The notes beneath the pieces are model-generated. The model was given only the letters and a program-made list of their open reading frames with translations, was not told where the DNA came from and did not search any database. Below, piece by piece: positions 1 through 10,934 of a stretch of 34,963 nt of DNA. Positions within the stretch are counted from its first letter, which is position 1. Every line of letters starts with the position of its first letter. Made by a program: the position numbers and the translations under genes. Origin of the DNA: Hydrurus foetidus (lineage: Eukaryota); assembly GCA_900617105.1 (NCBI GenBank), contig UYFQ01000001.1, positions 5,084,001-5,118,963 on the forward strand, in the 5' to 3' direction.

Positions 1-1779
1 TTCAACGGCCAGGTCATAACGCACACCGGAGCTGATCAAAATTTTCTTCACGCCCTTGAGCGCCCGCGCGCGGCGGTACATTTTGATCAGCGGGTTGTGG
101 TCGGTGTTCAGATTGGGGCAAATGCCGGGGTACACGCAGCTGGGCTTGCGGCAGGCGGCTTCAATTTCGGGTGATTTGCAGCCAATGCGGTACATGTTGG
201 CGGTAGGGCCGCCCAAGTCTGAAATGGTGCCGGTAAAGCTTTTGACCGAATCGCGAATCGCTTCAATCTCACGAATGACTGAGTCTTCAGACCGGCTTTG
301 AATGATGCGGCCTTCATGCTCGGTAATTGAGCAGAAAGTGCAGCCACCAAAGCAGCCGCGCATGATGTTGACGGAAAAGCGAATCATTTCCCATGCCGGG
401 ATTTTGGTGGCGTGGTCGTGTGAGCCGTTTTCGTCTGCGTAGCTCGGGTGCGGGCTGCGTGCGTACGGCAAGTCGAACACGTAGTCCATCTCGGCAGTGG
501 TCAGCGGTATCGGCGGCGGCGTGATCCACACGTCGCGCGCGGTAACGCCTTCGCCATGGGCTTGCACCAAGGCGCGTGCGTTGCCGGGGTTGGTTTCTAA
601 ATGCAGTACACGGTTGGCGTGGGCGTAAAGAACGGCATCGCTTTTGACTTGTTCGTACGATGGCAAGCGGATCACTGACCGGTCACGGGGGGGGACTTTG
701 ATCTTGCCAGAATTCGCAGAGCCCTCACCCCTACCCTCTCCCGCAAGCGGGAGAGGGAGTAATACCGGTGTTGTTCCCTCCCCTTCCGGGGGAGTTAAGT
801 GACTTACTCCCTCTCCCTTTGGGAGAGGGCGGGGGTGAGGGCTCCCCCGATCCATCTTCAAACTCAATTTCGGATTCAGCATGAATTTTAGAGGCTTGAT
901 CGCACCGCTCTCAGCCTCCTTCGCTACAGCCTTTGCCTCATCATCCCGCGCACAACTCGCCCCCAACTCTTTGGCAGCGTCGGCCACCATCAAATACGGG
1001 TTGACATGCGCCTCTACCCGGCCCGGTGCGTCAACGCTGGTCGAGTCAATTTCAAACCAGCCCTGCGCAGTCTCGTCACCCGAGCGGCGAATAAACGCGG
1101 TGCCGCGAATGTCCGTCATGGTCGCGATGGTTTCTTTGGCGGCCAGCCGGTGGGCAATTTCAACGATGGCGCGCTCAGCGTTGCCGTACAGCAGCAAGTC
1201 GCATTTGGCATCCACCACCACACTGCGGCGAACCTTGTCTGACCAGTAGTCGTAATGCGCAATGCGGCGCAGGCTGCCTTCAATGCCGCCCAAAATAATC
1301 GGCACGTCTTTGAATGCTTCGCGGCAACGCTGCGAATACACCAGCGCGGCGCGGTCTGGCCGCTTGCCGCCAATGTCGCCGGGGGTGTAGGCGTCGTCAG
1401 AGCGTATTTTGTGATCAGCCGTGTAGCGGTTGATCATGCTGTCCATATTGCCCGCCGTGATGCCCCAAAACAAGTTGGGCTTGCCCAAAATCTTGAACGG
1501 CTCAGCGCTTTGCCAATCGGGCTGGGCAATGATGCCGACCCGAAAGCCCTGCGCCTCCAGCATGCGGCCAATCACCGCCATGCCAAAGCTGGGGTGGTCA
1601 ACATACGCATCGCCAGTGACGATGATGATGTCGCAGCTGTCCCAGCCAAGCGCGTCCATCTCGGCCCGGGTGGTGGGCAAAAACTTGGCCGTGCCAAAGC
1701 GAGCCGCCCAGTACTTGCGGTAACTGGTCAGGGGTTTGGCGGCGCGGGCGAAGAAGGAAACGTCCACAGGGGCGTTCAT
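1..1779 (-). CDS. ygiQ: YgiQ/UPF0313 family radical SAM protein (5' part; runs off left edge)
   Basis: Not in the ORF track (no stop inside the window). Manual translation from ATG 1779: [29 protein letters not shown]...[24 protein letters not shown]. CxxxCxxC motif ([19 protein letters not shown]) at ~310-370; [16 protein letters not shown] at the edge in the same frame. Confidence 0.93.
   Translation of the reverse strand, partial: MNAPVDVSFFARAAKPLTSYRKYWAARFGTAKFLPTTRAEMDALGWDSCDIIIVTGDAYVDHPSFGMAVIGRMLEAQGFRVGIIAQPDWQSAEPFKILGKPNLFWGITAGNMDSMINRYTADHKIRSDDAYTPGDIGGKRPDRAALVYSQRCREAFKDVPIILGGIEGSLRRIAHYDYWSDKVRRSVVVDAKCDLLLYGNAERAIVEIAHRLAAKETIATMTDIRGTAFIRRSGDETAQGWFEIDSTSVDAPGRVEAHVNPYLMVADAAKELGASCARDDEAKAVAKEAESGAIKPLKFMLNPKLSLKMDRGSPHPRPLPKGEGVSHLTPPEGEGTTPVLLPLPLAGEGRGEGSANSGKIKVPPRDRSVIRLPSYEQVKSDAVLYAHANRVLHLETNPGNARALVQAHGEGVTARDVWITPPPIPLTTAEMDYVFDLPYARSPHPSYADENGSHDHATKIPAWEMIRFSVNIMRGCFGGCTFCSITEHEGRIIQSRSEDSVIREIEAIRDSVKSFTGTISDLGGPTANMYRIGCKSPEIEAACRKPSCVYPGICPNLNTDHNPLIKMYRRARALKGVKKILISSGVRYDLAVE
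719..844. repeat. Palindromic repeat family R1 (GAGCCCTCACCCC...GGGGTGAGGGCTC), in-frame copy inside ygiQ
   Basis: 126 bp with 13-bp terminal inverted repeats and internal hairpins (CTCTCCCGC-AA-GCGGGAGAG; CTCTCCC-TTT-GGGAGAG). First 44 nt match 24841-24884 at 41/44. Confidence 0.9.
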
Positions 1780-1918
1780 AAGCGGGTCAGTAAAAACTGC
1801 GTTGACTGCAAAGCAAACCGTGATTTTAAGGTTTTAATGCCGCTTAGCGAGACTTGCAGACCGAATGGCACTGAAAAGCGCTTTGAATTGGCCCAGCGCA
1901 CCGAAAAACAACAAAAAA

Positions 1919-1989
1919 GGCCTGATTTCAATAAGAGATCAGGCCTTAGCCCAATAAATACGGGCGCGAGCAGCTATAAATTAAATAGC
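1919..1989 (+). repeat. AT-rich tripartite repeat family R2, copy 1
   Basis: GGCCTGAT..ATCAGGCC hairpin + TAGCCCAATAAATACGGGCGCGAGCAGCTATAAATTAAATAGC. Confidence 0.88.
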
Positions 1990-2011
1990 TGTTTCAGATA
2001 TTACGTCGCTA

Positions 2012-2488
2012 TCAGTTACGCACCGTCATCTGCCCACGCAGCTCGCCGCCCGGATTGGCAGCGGTGTGAATGTTGGCGTACCACTTGCCAGCCATCAGGT
2101 CAGCTGCCTGAGCGGCGGTTAACACAGCGGTGCCTTCCATGCCGGTGGCAATCGGGTTTGCCCAACCCAGCGCCACACCTGAATTAGCGCCAACCGCAGC
2201 CGGACCGTGAAAGTGGCCAGCGGTGGCATTGCCCGTCATGCCGCTGTAAGTGACTTTCCATTTAAGCTGCATGGTGTCTTTGTTAAAAGCTGCATCAACC
2301 GAGCCGCTGCCGGTGCTGGCGTTAGGCGGCACTTCATTAGCGCCACGAAGCTGGGTGGTAAAGGCCACCATGTTCGAGGCTGCCGGCGCTGGCATCATCG
2401 ACGAGCAGCCGACAGCAGTGACAACGACAAGCGCTGCCAGCATCACACCACCCAAACCAAAGCGACTGAAAGCGCGACGTGTAGACAT
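2012..2488 (-). CDS. CHRD domain-containing protein, probable lipoprotein
   Basis: LRGANEVPP, ATAGHFHGPA, WYANIHTAANPGGELRGQ CHRD motifs; hydrophobic N-terminus ending AVGC; AGGAG upstream. Confidence 0.9.
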   Translation of the reverse strand: MSTRRAFSRFGLGGVMLAALVVVTAVGCSSMMPAPAASNMVAFTTQLRGANEVPPNASTGSGSVDAAFNKDTMQLKWKVTYSGMTGNATAGHFHGPAAVGANSGVALGWANPIATGMEGTAVLTAAQAADLMAGKWYANIHTAANPGGELRGQMTVRN

Positions 2489-2507
2489 ATAAAGCTCCTG
2501 AAAGGTT

Positions 2508-2547
2508 AAAAAAAGTCTGACGGCGAGCCAATTTTGCTCGCCTGACT
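2508..2547 (-). terminator. Possible intrinsic terminator between the PA2169-like and CHRD genes
   Basis: GGCGAGC-7nt-GCTCGCC stem followed on the minus strand by a T7 run. Confidence 0.45.
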
Positions 2548-2674
2548 GCTGGAGCTTAAACCAATCAGGCCCAGCCTGAAAGGTGTCCGGTCAAGCTGGC
2601 GACCGGCGCTGCGTTCAATCAGGCAATTAATCACCGGCTCGGTTACACGTTTATTTGCACGTTTATCTACGCGT

Positions 2675-3256
2675 TTAGTCCCGTGCTTTGACCGCGTCCC
2701 GGAGTGCCTTGATCTGGTCATGGTTACGTTGCGCGCCACTGGCTTGCTGCTTGACCAGCGCATGCGCCGCCTCTGGCAAATTATGGTTCAGCGCTTTGCG
2801 GTAGTGCGCGAGCGCAACGTCTTCAGCGCGCTCGCATTCGTTCAGCATGTCAAGGTCGCTGTAGCCGGTAAGTTTGCCCTTGGCAGCCACCCAACCGCGG
2901 TGAACGGCTCCCATGGCGGTGCCGCCCTCGTCGCACTTTCCGCCCATTTGCTTGATCAAGGTCATCAGGTCAAGCCCTGCCAGGCGGCAGTCTTCAGCGC
3001 GTTGCGCCATGACAATTTTCAAGTCGCTGGCTTGGGTGTGGGTGGCGCATTCGCGAAAGCCATACTCGCCGTCGTGGCAGATTTCCAGCAAGTCGTTGAG
3101 CGTGTCAACCGCGTCTTCGTTAATCTGAACCGCGTTAGGTTCTTGAGTATCCCCAGCAGCTAAAGGAGTAAACACGCTGCTGGACATCATGCTTTCGAGC
3201 TGCCCGTGTTTGCGGTCGCCGCTGGTGGGTTGGTTCATTACGTTGTCGGTGGTCAT
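2675..3256 (-). CDS. PA2169 family four-helix-bundle (ferritin-like, DUF2383) protein
   Basis: LNDLLEICHDGEYGF, GAVHRGWV, ECERAEDVALAHY motifs; AAGGA upstream. Confidence 0.88.
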   Translation of the reverse strand: MTTDNVMNQPTSGDRKHGQLESMMSSSVFTPLAAGDTQEPNAVQINEDAVDTLNDLLEICHDGEYGFRECATHTQASDLKIVMAQRAEDCRLAGLDLMTLIKQMGGKCDEGGTAMGAVHRGWVAAKGKLTGYSDLDMLNECERAEDVALAHYRKALNHNLPEAAHALVKQQASGAQRNHDQIKALRDAVKARD

Positions 3257-3469
3257 GATGGAGTCCTTTTGAAAATTGAAGCGCGCTTGCCTTGGGGTTT
3301 ATCAACCACAGTCAAACCAGCGCGGGGGTGCAGGGCAAATTCAAAGCCACATGCTTATCGTTTTTGCCCTGCCCAGCTATGGTCGCGCCGCAAGCTGGCG
3401 GCAGCGGTCAGGCAATAACAAACTGGCTTGTAGGAGAGTGCCGCGCAAGCACCCAAAGGCGCGCGAAAT

Positions 3470-4234
3470 TTATCTGTCGAGCTCTGGGTAGCGCCGAAAA
3501 ATACCGTCTTCATTAAAGGAAATTCGCCTGGGGCTGGCCAGGTACGCGGCAACCGCCGAAACACCCCGCACGCGGTCGTGCAGCGCCGCAACATGCGGTG
3601 TTTTTTTCAGCACCCGACGGCCGGCTTTTGGAAACGCGTAAAGCAAACCATCAACCAATTGAAACAGTGACAAGTCGACGTAACTTAGACGCCCGCCAAC
3701 CAGCCAGGTAGGGCCGTTGGGGTTGCGCATCAAAACTGCTTCAAACCAATTGAGAAATTTGGGAATGCGTTCACGTCGAAATTCAAGTGCGCGTTTGGCC
3801 GCTTCATGGGTTTGCTGCTCGTAGTACAAACCCAGCGCAATGGGGTGGTGCGTGTCATGCACCTCGGCAACGGCGTCGGCAATGGTCAGCTGAATTTGGT
3901 GAGCCCATAGCCGATGCACTTCGCTTTTAGCAACCAGCCCGAGCAGCGGCGCAAGGTAAAGCAATATCGCGGCTGTTTGCCCGACCACTACTTTGCTGTG
4001 CACCAAAAACGGCGGTGCAAACGGCGGATGTTGCAAGTGGGGCGCTTGCATGGCTTGCAGCATGTCGGCCATGCCTTTTTTCGCGACTTTGTCGAAACCC
4101 GGGCTGCCAGGGTCTGCGCCGCGCGCAACGTCGAGGTAATCGGCACCGGCATATTCAAGGGCCAGCCGAACAAATTCGCCTCGGCCCTGAATGGTGGGCC
4201 AGTAATGCAGCGCGAATTCAGGTTTTTTTGGCAT
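3470..4234 (-). CDS. Glutathione S-transferase family protein
   Basis: YWPTIQGRGEFVRLALE, GQTAAILLYL, GGRLSYVDLSLFQ. Confidence 0.88.
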   Translation of the reverse strand: MPKKPEFALHYWPTIQGRGEFVRLALEYAGADYLDVARGADPGSPGFDKVAKKGMADMLQAMQAPHLQHPPFAPPFLVHSKVVVGQTAAILLYLAPLLGLVAKSEVHRLWAHQIQLTIADAVAEVHDTHHPIALGLYYEQQTHEAAKRALEFRRERIPKFLNWFEAVLMRNPNGPTWLVGGRLSYVDLSLFQLVDGLLYAFPKAGRRVLKKTPHVAALHDRVRGVSAVAAYLASPRRISFNEDGIFRRYPELDR

Positions 4235-4270
4235 GGTGGAAATCGCGTGTTGGTCGGCTGCTAGCGCCGG

Positions 4271-5239
4271 CTAGCGGGTGAGTTGTTGCTCTAAATCGTG
4301 CAACACCTGGTAGCAAGCCAGCACACTGGCCACACTGCTGTTCGGCTCGCGGCCTTCTCCAATGGCGCTAAAGAATTCACGGTCTTGCAGTTCGATGCCG
4401 TTCATCGACACATCCACTTTGCTGACGTCTATGGCTTCTTCTTTGCCCTGAGTCGTTGATTTTGATAAATCGTCGTATCGCGCTAGGTAAGTAGCGCTGT
4501 CGCCAATGTATCGAAAATAGGTGCCTAGCGGGCCGTCGTTGTTAAAGCTCAAGCTCAGTGTGCAAATAGCGCCGTTCGCTGCTTGCAACTGAATGCTCAT
4601 GTCCATGGCGATACCGAGCGTTGGGTGAATTGGGCCTTGCAGTACGTTGGCTTTGACAATCGGGCTGCCGCACTGGTGGCTGAACAAATCAACCGTATGC
4701 GCGGCGTGGTGCCACAGCAAGTGGTCTGTCCAGGATCTAGCCTGCCCAAGTGCGTTGGTATTGGTGCGGCGAAAAAAGTAGGTTTGCACATCCATCTGCT
4801 GAATGTTGAAACGCCCTGCCCTGATTTCCTTATTCACATACTGGTGGCTGGGGTTAAAACGGCGGGTGTGGCCGCACATGGCGACCAGGCCGCTGCTTTT
4901 GGCGGCCGCTACCACCGCGTTCGCGCCCTGAATGCTGTCAGCCAGCGGAATTTCAACCTGCACATGCTTGCCCGCTTTCAGGCACGCCAGTGTTTGATCG
5001 GCGTGCATTTGGGTGGGCGTGCACAGAATGACGGCATCGACTTCTTTCAAAGCCAGGCTTTCTGCCAGATCGGTTGTGACGTGTGCAATACCGTATTTGG
5101 CGGCTACCTCTTTGGTTTTTTCAATGTCGCGGCTGATGAGTGAGACCACTTCAACGCCGTTGATATTCTTGATACCGTCCAGGTGCTTGATGCCGAATGC
5201 GCCTGCGCCTGCCAACGCCACTTTGATTGTTTTACTCAC
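4271..5239 (-). CDS. ligC: 4-carboxy-2-hydroxymuconate-6-semialdehyde dehydrogenase (Gfo/Idh/MocA)
   Basis: GAGAFG Rossmann motif, KHVQVEIP, RSWTDHLLWHHAAHTVD; cluster context. Confidence 0.95.
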   Translation of the reverse strand: MSKTIKVALAGAGAFGIKHLDGIKNINGVEVVSLISRDIEKTKEVAAKYGIAHVTTDLAESLALKEVDAVILCTPTQMHADQTLACLKAGKHVQVEIPLADSIQGANAVVAAAKSSGLVAMCGHTRRFNPSHQYVNKEIRAGRFNIQQMDVQTYFFRRTNTNALGQARSWTDHLLWHHAAHTVDLFSHQCGSPIVKANVLQGPIHPTLGIAMDMSIQLQAANGAICTLSLSFNNDGPLGTYFRYIGDSATYLARYDDLSKSTTQGKEEAIDVSKVDVSMNGIELQDREFFSAIGEGREPNSSVASVLACYQVLHDLEQQLTR

Positions 5240-6551
<1,312 letters not shown>

Positions 6552-6552
6552 T

Positions 6553-7458
6553 TCAACTCCAATACAAACGTGTTGGATTGTCCACCAACAGTTTTTGCTG
6601 CAACTCACGCGTGGTTGCAATCTGCGGAATAAAGTCAACCAGCAAGCCGTCGTCTGGCATGTGATTTTTTAAGTTCGGGTGCGGCCAGTCGGTGCCCCAC
6701 AGCACGCGGTCGGGGAAGGTTTCGACCAGGCGCTTGGCAAACGGCACTACGTCCTGGTAGGCCTGTTGCTCGCCGTTCAACGCTTTTGGGCCGCCAACGC
6801 TCAAGCGCTCAGGGCAACTGACTTTGCTCCAAATGTTCGGGTGTTCACGCATCATCTTCACGAATAGTTCAAACTCAGGCCCGTCTACCGGTTTCTTAAC
6901 ATCCGGCCGGCCCATGTGGTCAACCACTACCGTAGTGGGCAGAGCCGTGAAAAAGTCATACAGCTCGGGCAAATCCGCTGCTTCAAAATACACGACCACA
7001 TGCCAGCCCAGCGGTGCAATGCGGTTGACAATTTCCAGCAGAACGTCACGAGGTGTGAAGTCGGCCAGGCGCTTAACGAAGTTAAACCGCGTGCCGCGTA
7101 CGCCCGCAGCATGCATGTCTTGCAGTTCTGCGTCCGTCACGTTGCGATTCACGGTGGCAACGCCGCGTGCTTTGCTGCTGGATGCTTTCAGAGCATCAAC
7201 CAAAGCTCGGTTGTCAGTGCCGTGGCAAGTGGCTTGCACAATCACGTTCTTGTCTAAACCCAAGTGGTCGCGCAGTGCAAACAATTGCTCTTTTGAGGCG
7301 TCGCACGGCGTGTACTTGCGCTCTGGCGCGTAGGGGAACACATCGCCAGGGCCAAACACGTGGCAATGTGCATCAACCGCGCCGGGCGGTAGCTTAAAAA
7401 TAGGTTTGGCCGGGCCGCTGTACCAGTCCAGCCAACCAGGACTTTTGATAAATTCCAT
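6553..7458 (-). CDS. ligI: 2-pyrone-4,6-dicarboxylate hydrolase (amidohydrolase)
   Basis: DAHCHVFGP, VQATCHGTDN, DHMGRP, WGTDWPHPN. Confidence 0.93.
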   Translation of the reverse strand: MEFIKSPGWLDWYSGPAKPIFKLPPGAVDAHCHVFGPGDVFPYAPERKYTPCDASKEQLFALRDHLGLDKNVIVQATCHGTDNRALVDALKASSSKARGVATVNRNVTDAELQDMHAAGVRGTRFNFVKRLADFTPRDVLLEIVNRIAPLGWHVVVYFEAADLPELYDFFTALPTTVVVDHMGRPDVKKPVDGPEFELFVKMMREHPNIWSKVSCPERLSVGGPKALNGEQQAYQDVVPFAKRLVETFPDRVLWGTDWPHPNLKNHMPDDGLLVDFIPQIATTRELQQKLLVDNPTRLYWS

Positions 7459-7460
7459 GT

Positions 7461-8144
7461 TCAGTCGATGTATTTAAGGCCGGCTTTAGCCAAAGGTTCG
7501 CGCATGTTGTACATATCAAGGCCCAATTCACCCGCTGCAAATCGGGCGCGTTTTTCTCCTTCAAAACTCTCGCGTTTTTCAGCAGCGTCGGCCACTTCAA
7601 CTGCCCTGGCAGCGGGCACGACCACCACGCCGTCAATATCTGCAATTACCACGTCACCGGGATTCACTAAAGCTCCCGCACAAACAATCGGAATGTTGAC
7701 CGAACCCAGCGTGGCTTTGATCGTGCCTTTGGAGTGAATGGCTTTGCTGACCACCGGAAAACCCATTTTTTCAAGATCAGTGACATCACGCACACCGCCG
7801 TCGATGATCAGGCCCACCGCGCCGCGCGCCTTGAAGGACGTGGCTAGCAAGTCGCCAAAAAATCCATCGGTGTTGTCAGTTGTGCAAGCGGCCACTGCCA
7901 CGTCGCCCGGCTGCAATTGCTCAGCGGCCACGTGCATCATCCAGTTGTCGCCGGGCTGCAGAAGAATCGTCACGGCGGTGCCGCACATGTTGGCGCCTTT
8001 GTAGACGGGGCGCATGTAGGGCTTCATCAAACCCACGCGGCCCATGGCTTCATGAATGGTGGCCACACCGAGCTTGGACAGGCGCGCCACAGCGGCGCTG
8101 TCTGCGCGCACGATGTTGCGTTTAACTATTCCTAAAGTGGTCAT
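7461..8144 (-). CDS. ligK: 4-carboxy-4-hydroxy-2-oxoadipate aldolase / oxaloacetate decarboxylase
   Basis: GVATIHEA, PGDNWMMHVA, DGGVRD RraA-like motifs. Confidence 0.95.
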   Translation of the reverse strand: MTTLGIVKRNIVRADSAAVARLSKLGVATIHEAMGRVGLMKPYMRPVYKGANMCGTAVTILLQPGDNWMMHVAAEQLQPGDVAVAACTTDNTDGFFGDLLATSFKARGAVGLIIDGGVRDVTDLEKMGFPVVSKAIHSKGTIKATLGSVNIPIVCAGALVNPGDVVIADIDGVVVVPAARAVEVADAAEKRESFEGEKRARFAAGELGLDMYNMREPLAKAGLKYID

Positions 8145-8145
8145 C

Positions 8146-9192
8146 TCACAGCCCTTTCACTTTGAGTGCAGCATCCAGGCGCGGAAACACCCGGCGCGTG
8201 TTGCCTTCGTAAATCTGAAATTTTTGCTCTGCGCTGAGTTGCGTTGACGACTCAATATAGCGCTTGGTGTCGTCGTAATAGTTACCTGTTTCAGGGTCAA
8301 TGCCGCGCACTGCGCCAATCATTTCGCTGGCAAACAAAATGTTTTTGACCGGAATCACTTTGGTCAACAAATCAATACCGGGCTGGTGGTACACACAGGT
8401 GTCAAAAAAGATGTTGTTCAGCAAGTGGTCTTGCAGCAGTGGCTTCTTTAATTCTTGCGCCAAACCCCTAAAACGCCCCCAGTGGTAAGGCACTGCGCCG
8501 CCGCCATGCGGAATCAAAAACTTCAGCGTGGGGAAATCCTTAAACAAATCACTGGTCAGGCACTGCATAAAAGCTGTCGTGCCAGCATTCAAATAATGTG
8601 CGCCGGTGGTGTGAAAACACGCGTTGCAACTCGTGCTGACATGAATCATGGCCGGAATGTCGTACTCGACCATTTTTTCGTAAATCGGGTACCAGTGCTT
8701 GTCGCTTAGGGGGGGTGATGTCCAGTGGCCGCCTGATGGGTCAGGGTTTAAATTAATGCCGACATTGCCGTATTGCTCAACGCATTTCACCAATTCAGGG
8801 ATGCAGGTTGTGGGATCAACGCCCGGGCTTTGCGGCAGCATGGCCACGGGCACAAAATGATCAGGAAACAGCTGACTCACCCGGTAGCACAGCTCATTGC
8901 AAATTGCCGCCCAGGTCGACGACACATTGAGGTCGCCAATGTGGTGCGCCATAAAGCTGGCGCGCGGACTGAACAGCGTCAGGTCGCTGCCGCGCTCCTT
9001 CATCAGGCGCAACTGGTTCAGTTCAATCGTCTCGCGCAGTTCGTCGTCACTGATTTTTAAATCGCTGACTTTGGGCATGCTGGCCGCATCTTTTATGCCG
9101 GCGATCTGCTGATTGCGCCATGTCTCTAACGCTTTGGGGGCGGTGGTGTAGTGCCCGTGGCAGTCGATGATGAGGGGTTTTTGAAGGCTCAT
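8146..9192 (-). CDS. ligJ: 4-oxalomesaconate hydratase
   Basis: IIDCHGHYTT, SPRASFMAHH, PHGGGAVPYHWGR, ASEMIGAV. Confidence 0.95.
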   Translation of the reverse strand: MSLQKPLIIDCHGHYTTAPKALETWRNQQIAGIKDAASMPKVSDLKISDDELRETIELNQLRLMKERGSDLTLFSPRASFMAHHIGDLNVSSTWAAICNELCYRVSQLFPDHFVPVAMLPQSPGVDPTTCIPELVKCVEQYGNVGINLNPDPSGGHWTSPPLSDKHWYPIYEKMVEYDIPAMIHVSTSCNACFHTTGAHYLNAGTTAFMQCLTSDLFKDFPTLKFLIPHGGGAVPYHWGRFRGLAQELKKPLLQDHLLNNIFFDTCVYHQPGIDLLTKVIPVKNILFASEMIGAVRGIDPETGNYYDDTKRYIESSTQLSAEQKFQIYEGNTRRVFPRLDAALKVKGL

Positions 9193-9215
9193 GAGTTGTT
9201 TCGAAGTTATTAAAT

Positions 9216-9896
9216 TTAGGATGCCTGCATGCCGTGCCGCAGCTTGATATTGGCAACCTCAGTCGACGCCATAAAAGCCAACAAGCTTGCCAAGTCTTCG
9301 CGTTGAGTCGACGCCGCGCAAACCGCCGCCGAAAAAACAGTAGTAATCGCCACCGCCTCAGGCAGCACGCCCACCACGGTGATGCCCTCAAGGCTCATTA
9401 ACTCGCTGAGCTGCTGAAACCCCAGCGCAACCGCGCCACTTGCGACCAGCGAGCCAACCGGCACGCCCGGTGGCGCTTGCACGATGCGCTTTTGCAAAGC
9501 TTCAAGTAAACCCCAACTTTCAAACAGCTTGACCAGGGCAACGCCGCTCGGCCCAGTTGAATAGCCAATGGCAGGCGCGGCCGCAATCGCCCTGCGCAAT
9601 GCGGCTTCAGTACTGATGTCTGGCAACGGCGTGCCCGCTTTTACAGCCACCGCCACGCTCGACTGAACCAAATCAACCCGGCTGCCCGCAACGGCGTGGC
9701 CGCCAGCAATCAGCTTTTCAATCGCGTCCGCTGCTAGCACCACGCCATCAAAAGCCTCACCCGCTTGCACGCGCTTGGCGGCGTCTACCCCGCCCACAGA
9801 TTCAACCGCTACTTCAATGCCTGAAGTCGCTTGCCACCTGTCGCACAACTCGGCCAGCGATTGGCGCGTGGCCATTGATGAAATAAGTTTTAGCAT
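9216..9896 (-). CDS. ModA-fold substrate-binding-domain protein, aconitate-isomerase-like, no signal peptide
   Basis: SRVDLVQS, PDIS, YSTGPSG, PVG..VASG...LGFQQLSEL; probable start MLKLISSMA (alternative 9923); 23 bp upstream of ligJ. Confidence 0.75.
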   Translation of the reverse strand: MLKLISSMATRQSLAELCDRWQATSGIEVAVESVGGVDAAKRVQAGEAFDGVVLAADAIEKLIAGGHAVAGSRVDLVQSSVAVAVKAGTPLPDISTEAALRRAIAAAPAIGYSTGPSGVALVKLFESWGLLEALQKRIVQAPPGVPVGSLVASGAVALGFQQLSELMSLEGITVVGVLPEAVAITTVFSAAVCAASTQREDLASLLAFMASTEVANIKLRHGMQAS

Positions 9897-9949
9897 GCGC
9901 AGATTTTGCGCCGCAAAGGCCATCGGCGTAACGCAAGCAGCCCGCTAGC

Positions 9950-10001
9950 TGATAGATCAAATCTGTATAACCGCTGCCCGGCTATATCAATACAATAAAC
10001 A
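9950..10001. promoter_or_regulatory. Divergent lig/lysR control region with inverted repeats and a -10 box
   Basis: TATAACCG-CTGCC-CGGCTATA imperfect palindrome (9966-9986); ATAGAT-CAA-ATCTGT; TACAAT at 9991-9996 just before the lysR ATG. Confidence 0.5.
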
Positions 10002-10934
10002 ATGGATTTAAAGCAGCTAGAGTATTTTGTGCGCGTGGCCGAGCTGGGCAGCTTTACCCGCGCCGCAGTAGCGCTGGATATTGCCCAGCCTGCGCTGAGC
10101 CGTCAAATCCGCCTGCTTGAAGTCGAGCTGCGGCAAAACCTGCTCACCCGCAACGGGCGCGGCGCGCTGCCGACTGAAGCGGGCAACCTGCTGCTTAAAC
10201 ACGGGCGCGGCATATTGCATCAGGTTGCGCTGGCGCGCGAAGAGCTGGGCACGGTGCGCGGCGCACTCACCGGCCGCGTGTCGATTGGCCTGCCGCCCAG
10301 CTTGTCGCGGCTGATGGCCGTGCCGCTGAGCCAAGCTTTTAAAAAACACCTGCCGCAAGCGCATTTAACGCTGACTGAAGGGTTTTCAGTACTCATGCTG
10401 GATGGCCTGCGCGTGGGCAACCTCGACGTTGCCGTGCTGTACAACGCCGAGCCATCGCCAGACGTGGAACTGACACCGCTGCACACTGACCAACTGGTGT
10501 TGATTTCAAAGCAAACCAGCGCCCCAACCCGCCCGGCCAAGCGCCAAAGCATCACCCTGGCGGCGGTGGCCAAGCTGCCCCTGATACTGCCCAGCAGGCC
10601 CAACGCTTTTCGAATTTTGATTGAGCGCGAAATGCGCAAAATGGCCTTGCTGCCCCACATCACGCTAGAAGTTGATGGCCTGAACGCCATTTTGAATTTG
10701 GTTAAAGAAGGCATGGGGCACGCCCTATTGCCCAGCTACACGCTCAGCAACTTTGACGACGCCGCGCTTTTTGGCGTGCGCAGCATTGCCCAGCCCGCCA
10801 TCACCAGCCAGCTGATGCTGGCGCGGGCGGCGCGCAGGCCCAGCACCGCCACCCAAACCATCGCTGGAGACTTGATCAAATCAGCGCTGGTTGCGGCCAT
10901 GCTGCCCCACAAGCAAGGCAAAATCGCGGTATGA
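10002..10934 (+). CDS. LysR family transcriptional regulator (probable lig cluster regulator)
   Basis: MDLKQLEYFVRVAELGSFTRAA...QPALSRQIRLLE HTH; divergent from the lig operon. Confidence 0.93.
   Translation: MDLKQLEYFVRVAELGSFTRAAVALDIAQPALSRQIRLLEVELRQNLLTRNGRGALPTEAGNLLLKHGRGILHQVALAREELGTVRGALTGRVSIGLPPSLSRLMAVPLSQAFKKHLPQAHLTLTEGFSVLMLDGLRVGNLDVAVLYNAEPSPDVELTPLHTDQLVLISKQTSAPTRPAKRQSITLAAVAKLPLILPSRPNAFRILIEREMRKMALLPHITLEVDGLNAILNLVKEGMGHALLPSYTLSNFDDAALFGVRSIAQPAITSQLMLARAARRPSTATQTIAGDLIKSALVAAMLPHKQGKIAV

Noticed and set aside
881..2187. Plus-strand ORFs including the 310-aa ORF 1255-2187
   Set aside because: Antisense shadows of ygiQ and CHRD; ygiQ is missing from the ORF track only because it runs off the edge.
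2645..2696. Imperfect 12-bp periodic repeat (ACACGTTTATTT/GCACGTTTATCT/ACGCGTTTAGTC) at the PA2169-like stop
   Set aside because: Only three or four degenerate units; probably local slippage duplication with no supportable function.
3329..3372. GCAGGGCAAA..TTTGCCCTGC inverted repeat between the GST and PA2169-like genes
   Set aside because: Large loop, no U-tract, single copy; cannot be assigned as terminator or repeat.
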